A stretch of 64,000 bases of DNA. Source: Candidatus Microgenomates bacterium (GTDB lineage: Bacteria > Patescibacteriota > Microgenomatia > UBA8517). Made by a program: the position numbers and the translations under genes. The notes beneath the pieces are model-generated. The model saw only the letters and a program-made list of their open reading frames with translations. It ran no database searches and had not been told where the DNA came from. Shown one piece after another: positions 7,227 through 17,426 of this stretch (the first letter of the stretch is position 1; each line of letters opens with the position of its first letter). Where the stretch lies: assembly GCA_016784385.1 (NCBI GenBank), contig JADHUT010000001.1, positions 20,547 to 84,546 of the forward strand. The letters run 5' to 3'.

Positions 7227-9221
7227 TTAATTTAGCTCTTGGAGGTATTTTTTAGTAAGTTCGTCTTTAGGGTCAATGTTGTTTAAAATATACTCAAATT
7301 GTTCTCTTGCCTTTTGGGGCATTTCAAAATCTTTGTAAGTTAGTCCCAATGCAAACCTGCCCTCTTTATAATTTGGTTTTAATAAAACTGTTTTCTCTAA
7401 AGTGTTTAACCCCTTTTGATTTTGCCCAGTTTTAAGATACATTAGACCTAATTGATAATGTAGTTTTGGATCTGTTGGTGAAATTACTATTGCAGATTCA
7501 ATAACTGAAATGGATGTATTAAGATAATTACGGTCGAATTGGGAAAGTTTTGCCAAAACCCCAGAGTATACTTTTTTGACATTAATATTATATGGGGCCA
7601 TTGTGTATGCTTTTTGGGACATTTCAATTGAAGAACCAACATCTTTTGTGGCTTTTTCAATATTGTCACTTTGTGCTGACATTAGTGCAACTTCAGCAAA
7701 ACTCATTGAAAGCTCAGTTAAAAATATTGGTTCTTTTGGATTTAGTGTTATTGCCTTCTGTAGTAGTTCAGATGCCTTGGTGAAATTTCCTGATTTATTG
7801 AGGAGTTTGGCTTTATTGTAGAAAAGATCTGCATACCAGTATTTTCCGACCATAAATAGAAAGGTAATTGAAACAATGATTGTTGTGAATAATGCTAGTT
7901 TTTGGCCTGTGTTTAGTTTTTGTTTCTCACCGCTTTTTTTAGTGTCTTGAGCGGTTGATACAGTCGCCATAGCTGGTAATAAAAAGGTAAGTAGCGACAC
8001 TGGAACAACTGAGAATCCAAAAAAATTTGTTGCTAGTATGGAAAGGTAACCGGCCAAATATTCATATTTTTTTGTTTTGTATATTAGTATGAAAGAAGTG
8101 GCAATAAGAACCATATAAGATAGAAATCCAAAAGTTCCTGTAGTTGCTAGATAGTTTAGGTATTCATTGTGTGCTTTGTTGTAAATAAAGTCCCATTCAG
8201 AAACCAGGTTGTGGGCAAGCGGCTTGTGCATTGGATACGCAAACGCGAATGTTTCAACTCCTGTTCCTAGAATTGGGTATCTTTTCCAAGTTTCAATGGC
8301 TCCAGTCCATACATTCTTTCTTATTTCACCTGACTCTGTTCCACCAGTTTCCAGAGCTGGTCCAGTTTGCGGTACAGGAGCATTGTTTGTTTTAGGCAGC
8401 TTCGTTGTAAAAAACACAAGCAAAAATAATGAGTTTAGGATTACAAATATTTTAAGCAGTCTTCTTTTGTGTTTTGTTTTTGAAAAGTTGTAGGTTTTAA
8501 AGTAAAGACTCCAAAATACTATTGTGGAAACCCCGAATCCTAAAAGTCCTGAACGAGATTTTGTAAAAAGAAGTGTTGTAAAAAACACAACAGAGATAAT
8601 TGTCCAGACAATCCTCCTGTTTGTACTGGTGTTTTGATCAACAATAATTACCCATGTAAGTGGCATTGTTAAACTTAGAAATGCAGCAAGCCAGTTTGGT
8701 TGACCGAATGTGGAATATACTCTGGAGGCTACATCCTGAACCCAACAGTCAGTGCTCCATCCAAGCCCCATAACCCCACAAGTTATGCCTATATGGAAAT
8801 GCTCCAAAATTGCCAAAATTGAGGACAGTAGTAATCCAGATATCAAATACCAAACAATCTTTTTAATTTGATCTTTTTTAACGTTTGAAACAAATGCCCA
8901 ATAAAGTAGGGAATAACAAATTTGTGAAATTAGTCCACCATTAAATCTAGAGTAGTATCCCAGCAGTGAAGTATTTGAATCCAGTGAAAAGATGGTACTA
9001 AGTATCAGGGCTGATAGATACAGAACAACTGGGATGTCTAGTATTGTGTGACGAAATATAAGTTTTTTGGCTTTTATTGAATTTACAACCCAAGACGTTC
9101 CAATTAAAATTGTAAAGATATATAAAGTAATTATTTTATTGAACTCAAAAAGTTCAGAAGTGTTTTTAAAAAAAACCAGAGGTATTAAAAACAATAAAAT
9201 TTTAAATAAATTTGAAATCAT
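7227..9221 (-). CDS. O-antigen ligase / O-oligosaccharyltransferase-like membrane protein with C-terminal TPRs
   Basis: STFGQPNWLA, TKSRSG, GTGVETF, AHNEYL; many TM segments; TPR-like tail. Confidence 0.82.
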   Translation of the reverse strand: MISNLFKILLFLIPLVFFKNTSELFEFNKIITLYIFTILIGTSWVVNSIKAKKLIFRHTILDIPVVLYLSALILSTIFSLDSNTSLLGYYSRFNGGLISQICYSLLYWAFVSNVKKDQIKKIVWYLISGLLLSSILAILEHFHIGITCGVMGLGWSTDCWVQDVASRVYSTFGQPNWLAAFLSLTMPLTWVIIVDQNTSTNRRIVWTIISVVFFTTLLFTKSRSGLLGFGVSTIVFWSLYFKTYNFSKTKHKRRLLKIFVILNSLFLLVFFTTKLPKTNNAPVPQTGPALETGGTESGEIRKNVWTGAIETWKRYPILGTGVETFAFAYPMHKPLAHNLVSEWDFIYNKAHNEYLNYLATTGTFGFLSYMVLIATSFILIYKTKKYEYLAGYLSILATNFFGFSVVPVSLLTFLLPAMATVSTAQDTKKSGEKQKLNTGQKLALFTTIIVSITFLFMVGKYWYADLFYNKAKLLNKSGNFTKASELLQKAITLNPKEPIFLTELSMSFAEVALMSAQSDNIEKATKDVGSSIEMSQKAYTMAPYNINVKKVYSGVLAKLSQFDRNYLNTSISVIESAIVISPTDPKLHYQLGLMYLKTGQNQKGLNTLEKTVLLKPNYKEGRFALGLTYKDFEMPQKAREQFEYILNNIDPKDELTKKYLQELN

Positions 9222-9263
9222 ATACTACTTGCTAAGTATAACCATAGCTGATATACAAAAGCC

Positions 9264-10358
9264 ATGAGAAAAGTGAATTTATTTAAGTACAAAAAATTCA
9301 ATAAACTACCCAATCCTGTCAATTTTTTACTAGGATTATTTTCATCCGACCTGGGGATTGATTTAGGAACTGCAAATACTTTGGTTTTCATATTGGGTAA
9401 AGGAATAGCTATCAGAGAGCCTTCGGTTGTTGCTAGAAATAAAAAAACAAAAGAAGTATTGGCAATTGGTCTTTCTGCTAAAAAAATGACAGGAAGGGCT
9501 CCTGGTGCCATCGAGGTTATTAGACCTTTAAAAGACGGAGTTATCGCAGATTTTGATGCTGCAGAGGCAATGCTTAACCATTACATAAAAAAAGTTCACA
9601 CGCCAACCAGTAATATTCCAATGATTCCAAGACCTCGTGTGGTTATTGGTATTCCTTCTGGTGTTACTGAGGTAGAAAGAAGGGCTGTGGCAGACGCAGC
9701 AATTGAGGCAGGTGCCAGAAAGGCTGATCTTGTTGAGGAACCAATGGCGGCAGCGATTGGAGCTGGTCTTAAAGTTGATGGTCCTGAGGGTATGTTTATA
9801 GTTGACATTGGAGGTGGAACCAGTGAAATTGCACTAATTTCACTGGGAGGTATAGTTTTGGGTAAATCGCTTCGTATTGCAGGCGATGAGATGGACGAAG
9901 CAATCATTAATTTTGTAAAATTAAAGTATTCACTTCTTCTTGGTCAACCAACAGCAGAAGAAGTGAAAATCAAAATTGGCTCTGCTTCTAAATTCAAAAA
10001 AAGCAAATCAGCAACAGTTCGAGGAAGGGACTTGGAAAGTGGTTTACCTAGATCAATTAAGCTAACCAGTGGCGAAGTTAGAGAAGCACTATCCCCAATC
10101 ATTAATGAAATTATTTCTGGCATAAGCCAAACTTTAGAAGAAACACCCCCTGAACTTGTTTCAGATATTATGAAAAATGGAATATATATGGCAGGTGGAG
10201 GGGCCTTGATTTACGGGATAGATAAAGCAGTTGGGGATGCTACCAATATGCCGGTAACAATTGCCGATGATCCACTAACTTGTGTTGCAAGAGGGTGTGG
10301 AAAACTATTAGAGGACCCAGGGCTTCTGTCTAAAATTAAAGTGGCTAAGGGGATGTGA
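9264..10358 (+). CDS. mreB: rod shape-determining protein MreB
   Basis: GIDLGTANT, EPSVVA, EEPMAAAIGAG, DIGGGT. Confidence 0.97.
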   Translation: MRKVNLFKYKKFNKLPNPVNFLLGLFSSDLGIDLGTANTLVFILGKGIAIREPSVVARNKKTKEVLAIGLSAKKMTGRAPGAIEVIRPLKDGVIADFDAAEAMLNHYIKKVHTPTSNIPMIPRPRVVIGIPSGVTEVERRAVADAAIEAGARKADLVEEPMAAAIGAGLKVDGPEGMFIVDIGGGTSEIALISLGGIVLGKSLRIAGDEMDEAIINFVKLKYSLLLGQPTAEEVKIKIGSASKFKKSKSATVRGRDLESGLPRSIKLTSGEVREALSPIINEIISGISQTLEETPPELVSDIMKNGIYMAGGGALIYGIDKAVGDATNMPVTIADDPLTCVARGCGKLLEDPGLLSKIKVAKGM

Positions 10359-10413
10359 TTTCTTTTGATTTTAGTTTCATAATTTTTCAAGTTTATGATA
10401 ATCTGCAAGAGTA

Positions 10414-11955
10414 ATGCAAAATCTTTCAAGTGTAAAAAATGACAGTTGGCTGGGATGGTTTTTGAGAGGGGTTTTAATTCTTGGAACCCTCTTTTTGTTT
10501 GTTCGTCTTTTTGAGCTGCAAATTATAAAGGGAGATTATTTTAGAAAACTGGCAGAAGGCAATAGAATTAAAAAAATAGTTATCCCCGCCGCTAGGGGCA
10601 AGATATTATCTCGTAGTGGTGAGGTTTTAACCGGCATCGATTTTGCCCATATAACAGGGTATTTGGCAGAAACCACAGAGGGAGAGGTTGGAGTAATTGA
10701 TCCAAAATGCCCCCACAAAGGTCCATACCAATTAGGTCAAATTGTAGGTCGTGGTGGACTGCAAGAATATTATAATTGCACCCTAACTGGTATTGATGGA
10801 GAAGAGTTGTGGGAAGTTGATAGCATGGGAGAGAAATTGCGATTCTTGGGTAGTCGTGATCCTGTCGCTGGAGAGAATTTAAAAACCACAATTGATTTGG
10901 AGCTACAAAGACAAATTGCAAAAAGTATGGATGAAAAGCCTGGTGCGGTTGTGGCAACAGATCTTGGTGGAGAAGTAATGGCCATCTATTCATATCCTTC
11001 TTTTGATCCCAAAAACATAGTACCCTCTTTAAAAGACGAGGATTTACCACTTTTTAACCGTGCTCTGGGTGGAATATACCACCCAGGTTCTATCTTTAAG
11101 CCTTTGATTGCAATTTCAGCGCTTGAGGAGGGTAAAATTGATAAAGACTTCAAATATACAGACAGTGGTGTCTTAACAGTAAAAACACTATATGGATCAT
11201 ATAGTTATGCAAACTGGTATTTTACTCAATATGGAGGAGTGGAAGGTGAAATTGATTTAACTAAAGCACTAGCCCGCTCAACCGATACTTTTTTTTACAA
11301 AATTGGTGAATTTGTTGGAATAAATAACCTGCTTGAATGGATGAAAAAGTTTGGGTTAACAAAACTTACAAACATTGATCTTCCTGGAGAAATTCTTTCT
11401 CTTGTCCCTTCACCTGATTGGAAATTAAAAGTAAAGGGAGAAAAATGGTTTCTGGGTAACACTTACCATTTTTCAATAGGTCAGGGAGATTTGGCATTAA
11501 CTCCAATTGGAATTCACAGAGCAAATTTAGTAGTTGCAAATGGTGGTCAACTTTGTGATCTAAAGCTGGCAGATGAGCCAAAATGCAAAAGATTGGGCAT
11601 AAAAAAAGAAAATATTGCATTGGTGCAAAGTGGAATGAATAAAGTGTGTGAGACTGGAGGAACCGGGTATACTTTTTTTGATTTTGGGCAGAAACATAAT
11701 GGCCTGCAAGTTTCTTGCAAAACTGGAACAGCTGAGACCAATGATGATGAAAAAACACATGCATGGTTTACTGTGTTTGTCCAACAGAGCCAGACGGTAA
11801 AGAAAGAAATAATGTTGACTGTGCTAGTTGAAAAATCAGGGGAAGGCTCAAAAGTTGCGGGACCAGTTGCAAGAGAAATACTAGACTTCTATTATGAAGA
11901 CCAAAAAACCACTCAGCCTACACCTGTCGTCGAGAAAGATTTAAACAATGAGTAA
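10414..11955 (+). CDS. mrdA: class B penicillin-binding protein 2
   Basis: N-terminal TM segment, PGSIFK (SxxK), STD, KTGTA. Confidence 0.88.
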   Translation: MQNLSSVKNDSWLGWFLRGVLILGTLFLFVRLFELQIIKGDYFRKLAEGNRIKKIVIPAARGKILSRSGEVLTGIDFAHITGYLAETTEGEVGVIDPKCPHKGPYQLGQIVGRGGLQEYYNCTLTGIDGEELWEVDSMGEKLRFLGSRDPVAGENLKTTIDLELQRQIAKSMDEKPGAVVATDLGGEVMAIYSYPSFDPKNIVPSLKDEDLPLFNRALGGIYHPGSIFKPLIAISALEEGKIDKDFKYTDSGVLTVKTLYGSYSYANWYFTQYGGVEGEIDLTKALARSTDTFFYKIGEFVGINNLLEWMKKFGLTKLTNIDLPGEILSLVPSPDWKLKVKGEKWFLGNTYHFSIGQGDLALTPIGIHRANLVVANGGQLCDLKLADEPKCKRLGIKKENIALVQSGMNKVCETGGTGYTFFDFGQKHNGLQVSCKTGTAETNDDEKTHAWFTVFVQQSQTVKKEIMLTVLVEKSGEGSKVAGPVAREILDFYYEDQKTTQPTPVVEKDLNNE

Positions 11956-12520
11956 TCTACAACAGAAGGACGAATTATATGTACTAGGTGAAATGCTAGA
12001 CCGGGACAAAAAGGCAGTTGCTGTTGTAGGGTCTCGTCTTATTACTCCAAGAGGAAGAAGGCTCACTACACTTTTTACAGAGGCACTAGTGGAGGCAGGT
12101 TACACAATTGTTTCAGGGCTTGCTCGTGGCGTGGACAGTGTTGCACACACTACTGCTTTGGAGAAAAAAGGAAGAACAATTGCAGTACTGGGATCTGGCA
12201 TCGATGTGATTTATCCTCCAGAGAATAAAGCTTTAGCAGAGCGTATTACTAAAAATGGAGCGTTAGTGTCGCCTTTCCCAAAAGGAACTCCACCAAGACC
12301 AGAAAACTTTTTGGCAAGAAACAAAATTGTTGTTATGCTTTCTGTTGCAGTTTTAGTGGTTGAAGGAAAAAGAAGGTCAGGTACTCTTTCAACTGCAAGC
12401 CATGCTGCAAATGAAGGAGTGGAGGTGTATGCAATCCCGGGGTCAGAAGCTACTGACTGGCTTATTAATCAAGGAGTTAATTCTGTGGCAACTCCAGAAA
12501 AATTAGTTGAAAGTTTGTAA
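11948..12520 (+). CDS. dprA: DNA-processing protein DprA (Rossmann core only)
   Basis: VAVVGSR, IVSGLARGVD, FLARN; only 190 aa. Confidence 0.88.
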   Translation: MSNLQQKDELYVLGEMLDRDKKAVAVVGSRLITPRGRRLTTLFTEALVEAGYTIVSGLARGVDSVAHTTALEKKGRTIAVLGSGIDVIYPPENKALAERITKNGALVSPFPKGTPPRPENFLARNKIVVMLSVAVLVVEGKRRSGTLSTASHAANEGVEVYAIPGSEATDWLINQGVNSVATPEKLVESL

Positions 12521-13539
12521 TAGGTATTTTTGCCTTTTGCGTGTCTTTTGATTATTCTAAGTTTTATAAGCTTCCCAAAATCCAAAATTCTTGTAGCCTT
12601 TGCTCTGTCCGTTAGCCTTCTATAGTCACTGTTTTTAATGGCTCCGTATTTTTCTATATATTTTATGATGCTCTTCAAGTGTGGTTTAAGTTGAGTGTTT
12701 GGATTTTTTTGTAATTTATTTTTGTTTATATTCTTTTCAACTCTAAGTAATTCATCAATGATTCCATCAGTAAAATATTCAAGCCATTTTGTGAAATCAA
12801 CTGTATTTACTATTTCATAATAATTGCCAAATACTCCAACATTCTCAAAATATTTGGTCACATTTTGATTATAAAAGTTTTCAAATCCGAAAATATTGAA
12901 AGTATTTAGCCCCATTTTGGCTAATAGAAAGGTTGTAATTAGTCTTGTTGTTCTTCCGTTTCCGTCTGCAAAGGGGTGAATGATTACAAATTGTTTATGA
13001 AAAATTCCTGCTAAAATCAACGGGTCGATTAGTTTTTCATTTTTGTCAATAAAGTCAATTAATTTGACAACAAGACCATTGCAATCTTTCGCATCAGGAG
13101 GTAAATAGACTATTTTTTGCTCTTTTGGGTTATTGATAACAATTGGCACATTTCTTATTTTTCCAGATTGATGTTTAGGAAGCAAACTCTCAGTGACTCG
13201 TTTTTGTGTATCTAAAATTAACTCGAGACTTAATTTTACCTTTTTTCTTTTGGTTAGTTTTTCAAGTTCTATTAAAGATTTGTTGTAATTGGACACCTCT
13301 TGCTCACTGTCACGCATGTCCGAGGGTTTATTTTTTAGAATTTTTTTAACCTCTGTTAGAGGTAGGGGGTTACCTTCAATACTTGTAGATGCAAAGGAAG
13401 AAATTTCTCTTGCAGAAAGTTTCATTCTTACTAGAACTGGTTTTGAGAGTTTTTGTGAATTGAGGTTAATTATCAATGAATTTATCCTTTTTATGTTTGA
13501 TAAAAGCTTGTTTGTAATAGAGAAATTATAATTTGTCAT
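12469..13539 (-). CDS. Fic family protein with C-terminal winged-helix
   Basis: Canonical HPFADGNGRTTR, STSIEGN; start moved to MTNYNF. Confidence 0.9.
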   Translation of the reverse strand: MTNYNFSITNKLLSNIKRINSLIINLNSQKLSKPVLVRMKLSAREISSFASTSIEGNPLPLTEVKKILKNKPSDMRDSEQEVSNYNKSLIELEKLTKRKKVKLSLELILDTQKRVTESLLPKHQSGKIRNVPIVINNPKEQKIVYLPPDAKDCNGLVVKLIDFIDKNEKLIDPLILAGIFHKQFVIIHPFADGNGRTTRLITTFLLAKMGLNTFNIFGFENFYNQNVTKYFENVGVFGNYYEIVNTVDFTKWLEYFTDGIIDELLRVEKNINKNKLQKNPNTQLKPHLKSIIKYIEKYGAIKNSDYRRLTDRAKATRILDFGKLIKLRIIKRHAKGKNTYYKLSTNFSGVATELTP

Positions 13540-13592
13540 TAGTCTAATATTAGTCGAATAATAGTCGAATGTCAAGTGGAATTGCTTGACAT
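13540..13592. promoter_or_regulatory. fic/topA divergent promoter with three 11-bp-period repeats
   Basis: TAGTC(T/G)AAT at 13540, 13551 and 13562; ATGTCAAG-N8-CTTGACAT gives back-to-back TTGACA. Confidence 0.6.
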
Positions 13593-13624
13593 GGAGTGTA
13601 AGATAGGTTGTTATTATTATACAC

Positions 13625-15649
13625 ATGAAATTAATAATCGTCGAATCACCAACAAAAGCTACTACCTTAAATAAATTTTTGGGGTCAGGGTATGATGTGG
13701 ATTCTACAAAGGGCCATATTAAAGACCTTCCCAAAAGCAAACTAAGTGTAGATGTGGAGCATGACTTTAAACCCAATTATGAAGTAGTAGAAAAACAATC
13801 TGCGATAATTAAAAATTTGCAAAAGAAAGCAAAAGAAGCAGAAGGGATTTTCATTGCAACTGACCCTGATCGTGAAGGAGAAGCAATCGCACAACATGTA
13901 TATGAGATATTGACGGAAGGAAAGAAAGATAAAATTAAGCCGGATACTATAAAAAGAATTACCTTTCATGAAATAACACAATCTGCAGTTGAGGATGCTA
14001 TTGAAAAGTCGGGTAGTGTAGATATTAATCTTGTTAATGCTCAAATTGCTAGAAGAGTACTGGATAGATTAGTGGGTTATACCCTTTCTCCGGTTTTATG
14101 GAGAAAAGTGAGAAGAGGCCTTTCTGCAGGAAGAGTTCAGTCTGTTGCAGTTAGACTTATTGTTGAAAAAGAAGAAGAGATTAAAAAGTTTAAAGCAGAA
14201 GAGTACTGGCAAATTTTTTCAGAATTGAAGGGCAATAAAAATCAATTTGTAACTGAACTGGTTAAAATTGATGGCATTAAGGCTGTTGTAAAAAACAAAA
14301 AAAATGTAGACGAAATTGTTGCTGATCTAAAAACTGCAAAATATATAGTAGCGGACATTAGAAAAAAGGAAGTTAGCAAAAAACCTTATTCACCTTTCAC
14401 AACTTCAACACTAACTCAAACCTCGGCAAGATTTTTTTCCTGGTCAGCTAAAAAAACAATGAGAATGGCACAAGGGCTTTATGAAAAGGGATTAATTACC
14501 TACCATAGAACAGATTCACACAGCCTTGCAAAGTCAGCAGTAGACAGTGCAAGAGAGTTTATAAAGAAAGAGTACGGGAGTGATTATTTGCCAGAGGGTC
14601 CAGTTGTTTACAAAACAAAAAGTAAATCTGCACAAGAAGCGCATGAAGCCATAAGAGTAACAGACGTCAAGGTAAAAACAGATCAAGTTGAAGGCAGTTC
14701 TGATGAACAAAAGCTATATGATCTTATAAGAAGAAGGTTTTTGGCTTGTCAGATGAATCCTGCTAAATATAGTGAAACCAGTATTGATGTGAGTGCTGGA
14801 AAATACATATTAAGAGTAGGTGGACAAACAATGATCTTTGATGGGTGGAGAAAACTATTCCCAACTGATGGAGAAGCAGTTATGCTACCCGAAATAGAAA
14901 AAGGGGACAAACTAGATCTAATCAAAACTTGGGGTGATCAAAAGTTCACACAACCACCAGCAAGATTTAATGAAGCCTCACTCATAAAGATGTTGGAAAA
15001 ACTAGGGATTGGAAGACCATCTACATATGCTCCTATCATTTCAACAATACAGGCTAGAAGTTACGTCGAAAAAAAGGATGCGCAGTTTTTACCGACAACA
15101 GTGGGGGTTGCTGTCACAAAATTTTTAATGGCCAATTTCATGGAAGAGTTGGAATACAACTTCACTGCAGAGATGGAAGATGATCTTGATAAAGTTGCAA
15201 CAGGCAAGTTAGATTGGACAAAAATGATGGGGAAGTTCTGGGGTCCATTTGGAAAAAAAGCAGAAAGTGTTACTAAAAACGCAGAAAGAATAAAAATTGA
15301 AACTGAAAAACTAGGTAAAAAGTGTCCAGATTGTAAAGATGGTGAGTTGGTAATTAGAGTTGGAAGATTTGGCAAGTTTATAAGCTGTTCCACTTTCCCA
15401 GAATGCAAACACACTGAAAAATTCTTGGATAAAATTGACATGATTTGCCCTGATTGTAAAAAAGGAGAAGTGATAATCAAAAAAACAAGAATAGGAAGAA
15501 GTTTCTTTGGCTGTTCACTTTATCCTGATTGTGAATTTGCCTCATGGAAAAAACCAGTGGATGGAAAGTTTGATAAAAAGAATAACCAAAATAAGAATTT
15601 TGTGAAAAAACAAGAAACGAAAGAAAATGACGTGACCAAGGAAAAGTAA
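13625..15649 (+). CDS. topA: DNA topoisomerase I
   Basis: LIIVESPTKA, ATDPDREGE, SAGRVQS, ITYHRTD, C4 zinc ribbons. Confidence 0.97.
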   Translation: MKLIIVESPTKATTLNKFLGSGYDVDSTKGHIKDLPKSKLSVDVEHDFKPNYEVVEKQSAIIKNLQKKAKEAEGIFIATDPDREGEAIAQHVYEILTEGKKDKIKPDTIKRITFHEITQSAVEDAIEKSGSVDINLVNAQIARRVLDRLVGYTLSPVLWRKVRRGLSAGRVQSVAVRLIVEKEEEIKKFKAEEYWQIFSELKGNKNQFVTELVKIDGIKAVVKNKKNVDEIVADLKTAKYIVADIRKKEVSKKPYSPFTTSTLTQTSARFFSWSAKKTMRMAQGLYEKGLITYHRTDSHSLAKSAVDSAREFIKKEYGSDYLPEGPVVYKTKSKSAQEAHEAIRVTDVKVKTDQVEGSSDEQKLYDLIRRRFLACQMNPAKYSETSIDVSAGKYILRVGGQTMIFDGWRKLFPTDGEAVMLPEIEKGDKLDLIKTWGDQKFTQPPARFNEASLIKMLEKLGIGRPSTYAPIISTIQARSYVEKKDAQFLPTTVGVAVTKFLMANFMEELEYNFTAEMEDDLDKVATGKLDWTKMMGKFWGPFGKKAESVTKNAERIKIETEKLGKKCPDCKDGELVIRVGRFGKFISCSTFPECKHTEKFLDKIDMICPDCKKGEVIIKKTRIGRSFFGCSLYPDCEFASWKKPVDGKFDKKNNQNKNFVKKQETKENDVTKEK

Positions 15650-16162
15650 TTAATACTTTTCAATTTTTTTGGACAAGAACTCTAGTTTTATTTTAGCCTT
15701 TTTTAACATTGCTTCTGACTCAGCTCCGGCGTGATATTTATTTCTTGCCAACACCCTTTTTACACCTGAGTTTATGAGGAGCATTGCACAAGTTCTACAA
15801 GGGGTCATGTTTACATACACAGTAGATCCTTCTATAGAAACTCCCCTTTTTGCGGCTTGGCAAATTGCATTTTGTTCTGCGTGTACAGTCCTCATACAAT
15901 GATCAGTTGTAGACCCATCTTCGTGGGTAAGCTTTTTCATCTGATGTCCCACATCATCACAGTGTGGTAATCCTGCAGGGGAACCAACATAACCTGTAAC
16001 TAATACTTGTCTGTCTTTTACAAAAACACAACTTGCTCTTCCTCTGTCACAAGATGCTCTCTTGGAAGTAGCATCCATTATTTGCATAAAATACTCATCC
16101 CACGAAGGCTTTTTGTGTTTATTTTTAGATAATATTTTTGATGGTTTTTTCGACTTGCTCAT
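15650..16162 (-). CDS. dCMP deaminase (ComEB-like)
   Basis: PSWDEYFM, HAEQNAI, PCRTC. Confidence 0.9.
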   Translation of the reverse strand: MSKSKKPSKILSKNKHKKPSWDEYFMQIMDATSKRASCDRGRASCVFVKDRQVLVTGYVGSPAGLPHCDDVGHQMKKLTHEDGSTTDHCMRTVHAEQNAICQAAKRGVSIEGSTVYVNMTPCRTCAMLLINSGVKRVLARNKYHAGAESEAMLKKAKIKLEFLSKKIEKY

Positions 16163-16679
16163 GTAAATCTACAATTTTTTTATTGTTTGTAAATATATAA
16201 TCTGCTAAAGATATGCATTTTGCAAGGTTCTGTTTTGCAGGATTTTGTGATTTCATCTCCCTTTTTTCATCCACGACAAATTTTTCAAAACTTACATGAT
16301 CAGATTCAATTGCCCTCTTATTTATTCTTTTGTATCTTTTTTCAATATCTGCATCCACTGCAAATAACACAAATTCTCCCTTGCTCTTTAGTGAATAAAT
16401 TTCAGCTGGAGTTCTAAGGCTTTCTATTATGAAATTTTTACCAGTTTTGATTGCGGTTTTGTAAATCTGCTCAATTAAGTAGCTTGGACCATGTTTTAAA
16501 CGCAGATCATTTGCAACAACAACCATGTTATCTCTATTTATTTCAAGACCTCTTTTGACAATTTCTTTATTTATGAAATCTCGTACGGAGTAGTGGCCAA
16601 ATTTTTTTTCGGTAACAAGATAGTCAACGACTGTTCCTTTTCCAGCACCCAAAGTTCCTGTAATTCCAATTACTAGCAT
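16125..16679 (-). CDS. P-loop nucleotide kinase (dephospho-CoA / NMP kinase-like)
   Basis: IGITGTLGAGKGT Walker A; ADYIFTNN tail. Confidence 0.75.
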   Translation of the reverse strand: MLVIGITGTLGAGKGTVVDYLVTEKKFGHYSVRDFINKEIVKRGLEINRDNMVVVANDLRLKHGPSYLIEQIYKTAIKTGKNFIIESLRTPAEIYSLKSKGEFVLFAVDADIEKRYKRINKRAIESDHVSFEKFVVDEKREMKSQNPAKQNLAKCISLADYIFTNNKKIVDLHEQVEKTIKNII

Positions 16680-16700
16680 TTATCGATTACAATATTGATT

Positions 16701-17129
16701 ATGGTTAAAGTCAAGTTTCAAAAATTAAATAAAAATGCAAAGATCCCCTCGTTTGCACACATTGATGATGCAGGGTTTGACATATATACAAACAAAACCA
16801 CTGTTGTAAAAAAACTAATTCCGACCATTGTATCTACTGGAATATCTTCTGAATTTCCGGTCGGGTACTTTGTATCATTTCGTGACAAATCAGGACTAGC
16901 TGCAAAACACGGTATTCATGTAATGGGTGGAGTAATTGATGCAGGTTACAGAGGTGAATGGGGAATAATACTAGTCAATCTTGGAAAAAAGGTTTATAAA
17001 TTTGAAAAAGGAGACAAGGTAGCGCAGGCAATTGTTCACAAACTTGAAAGTGTAAAACTAACAATATCAAATTCTCTCTCCAAAACAAAAAGAGGAAAAG
17101 GCGGGTTTGGAAGTACTGGGAAAAAATAA
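16701..17129 (+). CDS. dut: dUTPase
   Basis: DAGFDI, KSGLA, GVIDAGYRGE, RGKGGFGSTG. Confidence 0.96.
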   Translation: MVKVKFQKLNKNAKIPSFAHIDDAGFDIYTNKTTVVKKLIPTIVSTGISSEFPVGYFVSFRDKSGLAAKHGIHVMGGVIDAGYRGEWGIILVNLGKKVYKFEKGDKVAQAIVHKLESVKLTISNSLSKTKRGKGGFGSTGKK

Positions 17130-17140
17130 TTCCTCTTGAC
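17054..17140 (+). repeat. dut 3' tail, copy 1 (part of the intact gene)
   Basis: 81/87 identical to 17834..17920. Confidence 0.95.
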
Positions 17141-17171
17141 AGAAATACGGAATTACCGTAAAATAGAATTT
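17136..17171 (+). promoter_or_regulatory. TA promoter with operator palindrome
   Basis: TTGACA-17-TAAAAT-7-ATG; TACGG-N5-CCGTA at 17146..17160. Confidence 0.7.
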
Positions 17172-17426
17172 ATGCAAAATGTATTTGATGAACAAATAAT
17201 TCAGCTTCAGCCCAGAGGTGTTTTTACTATTCCAAAAAAATTAAGAGAGGGTTTATTTGATGATATGGGAATTGCCAAGATAATGAGGTTGGGCAGAAAA
17301 TTGGTAATAGAACCTGTGCGAACATTACCATATCAGGCTAGAAGTTACACAGACGATGAATTGGGAGATTTTTATAAATTAGATGACAAAGAGACAAAAA
17401 AACTTAGAGCCAAAGGTATTATTTAA
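17172..17426 (+). CDS. AbrB/MazE-type antitoxin
   Basis: QLQPRGVFTIPKKLRE...KLVIEPV. Confidence 0.82.
   Translation: MQNVFDEQIIQLQPRGVFTIPKKLREGLFDDMGIAKIMRLGRKLVIEPVRTLPYQARSYTDDELGDFYKLDDKETKKLRAKGII

Noticed and set aside
13540-13776. 79-aa N-terminal extension of the Fic ORF
   Set aside because: Overlaps topA antisense and the promoter region
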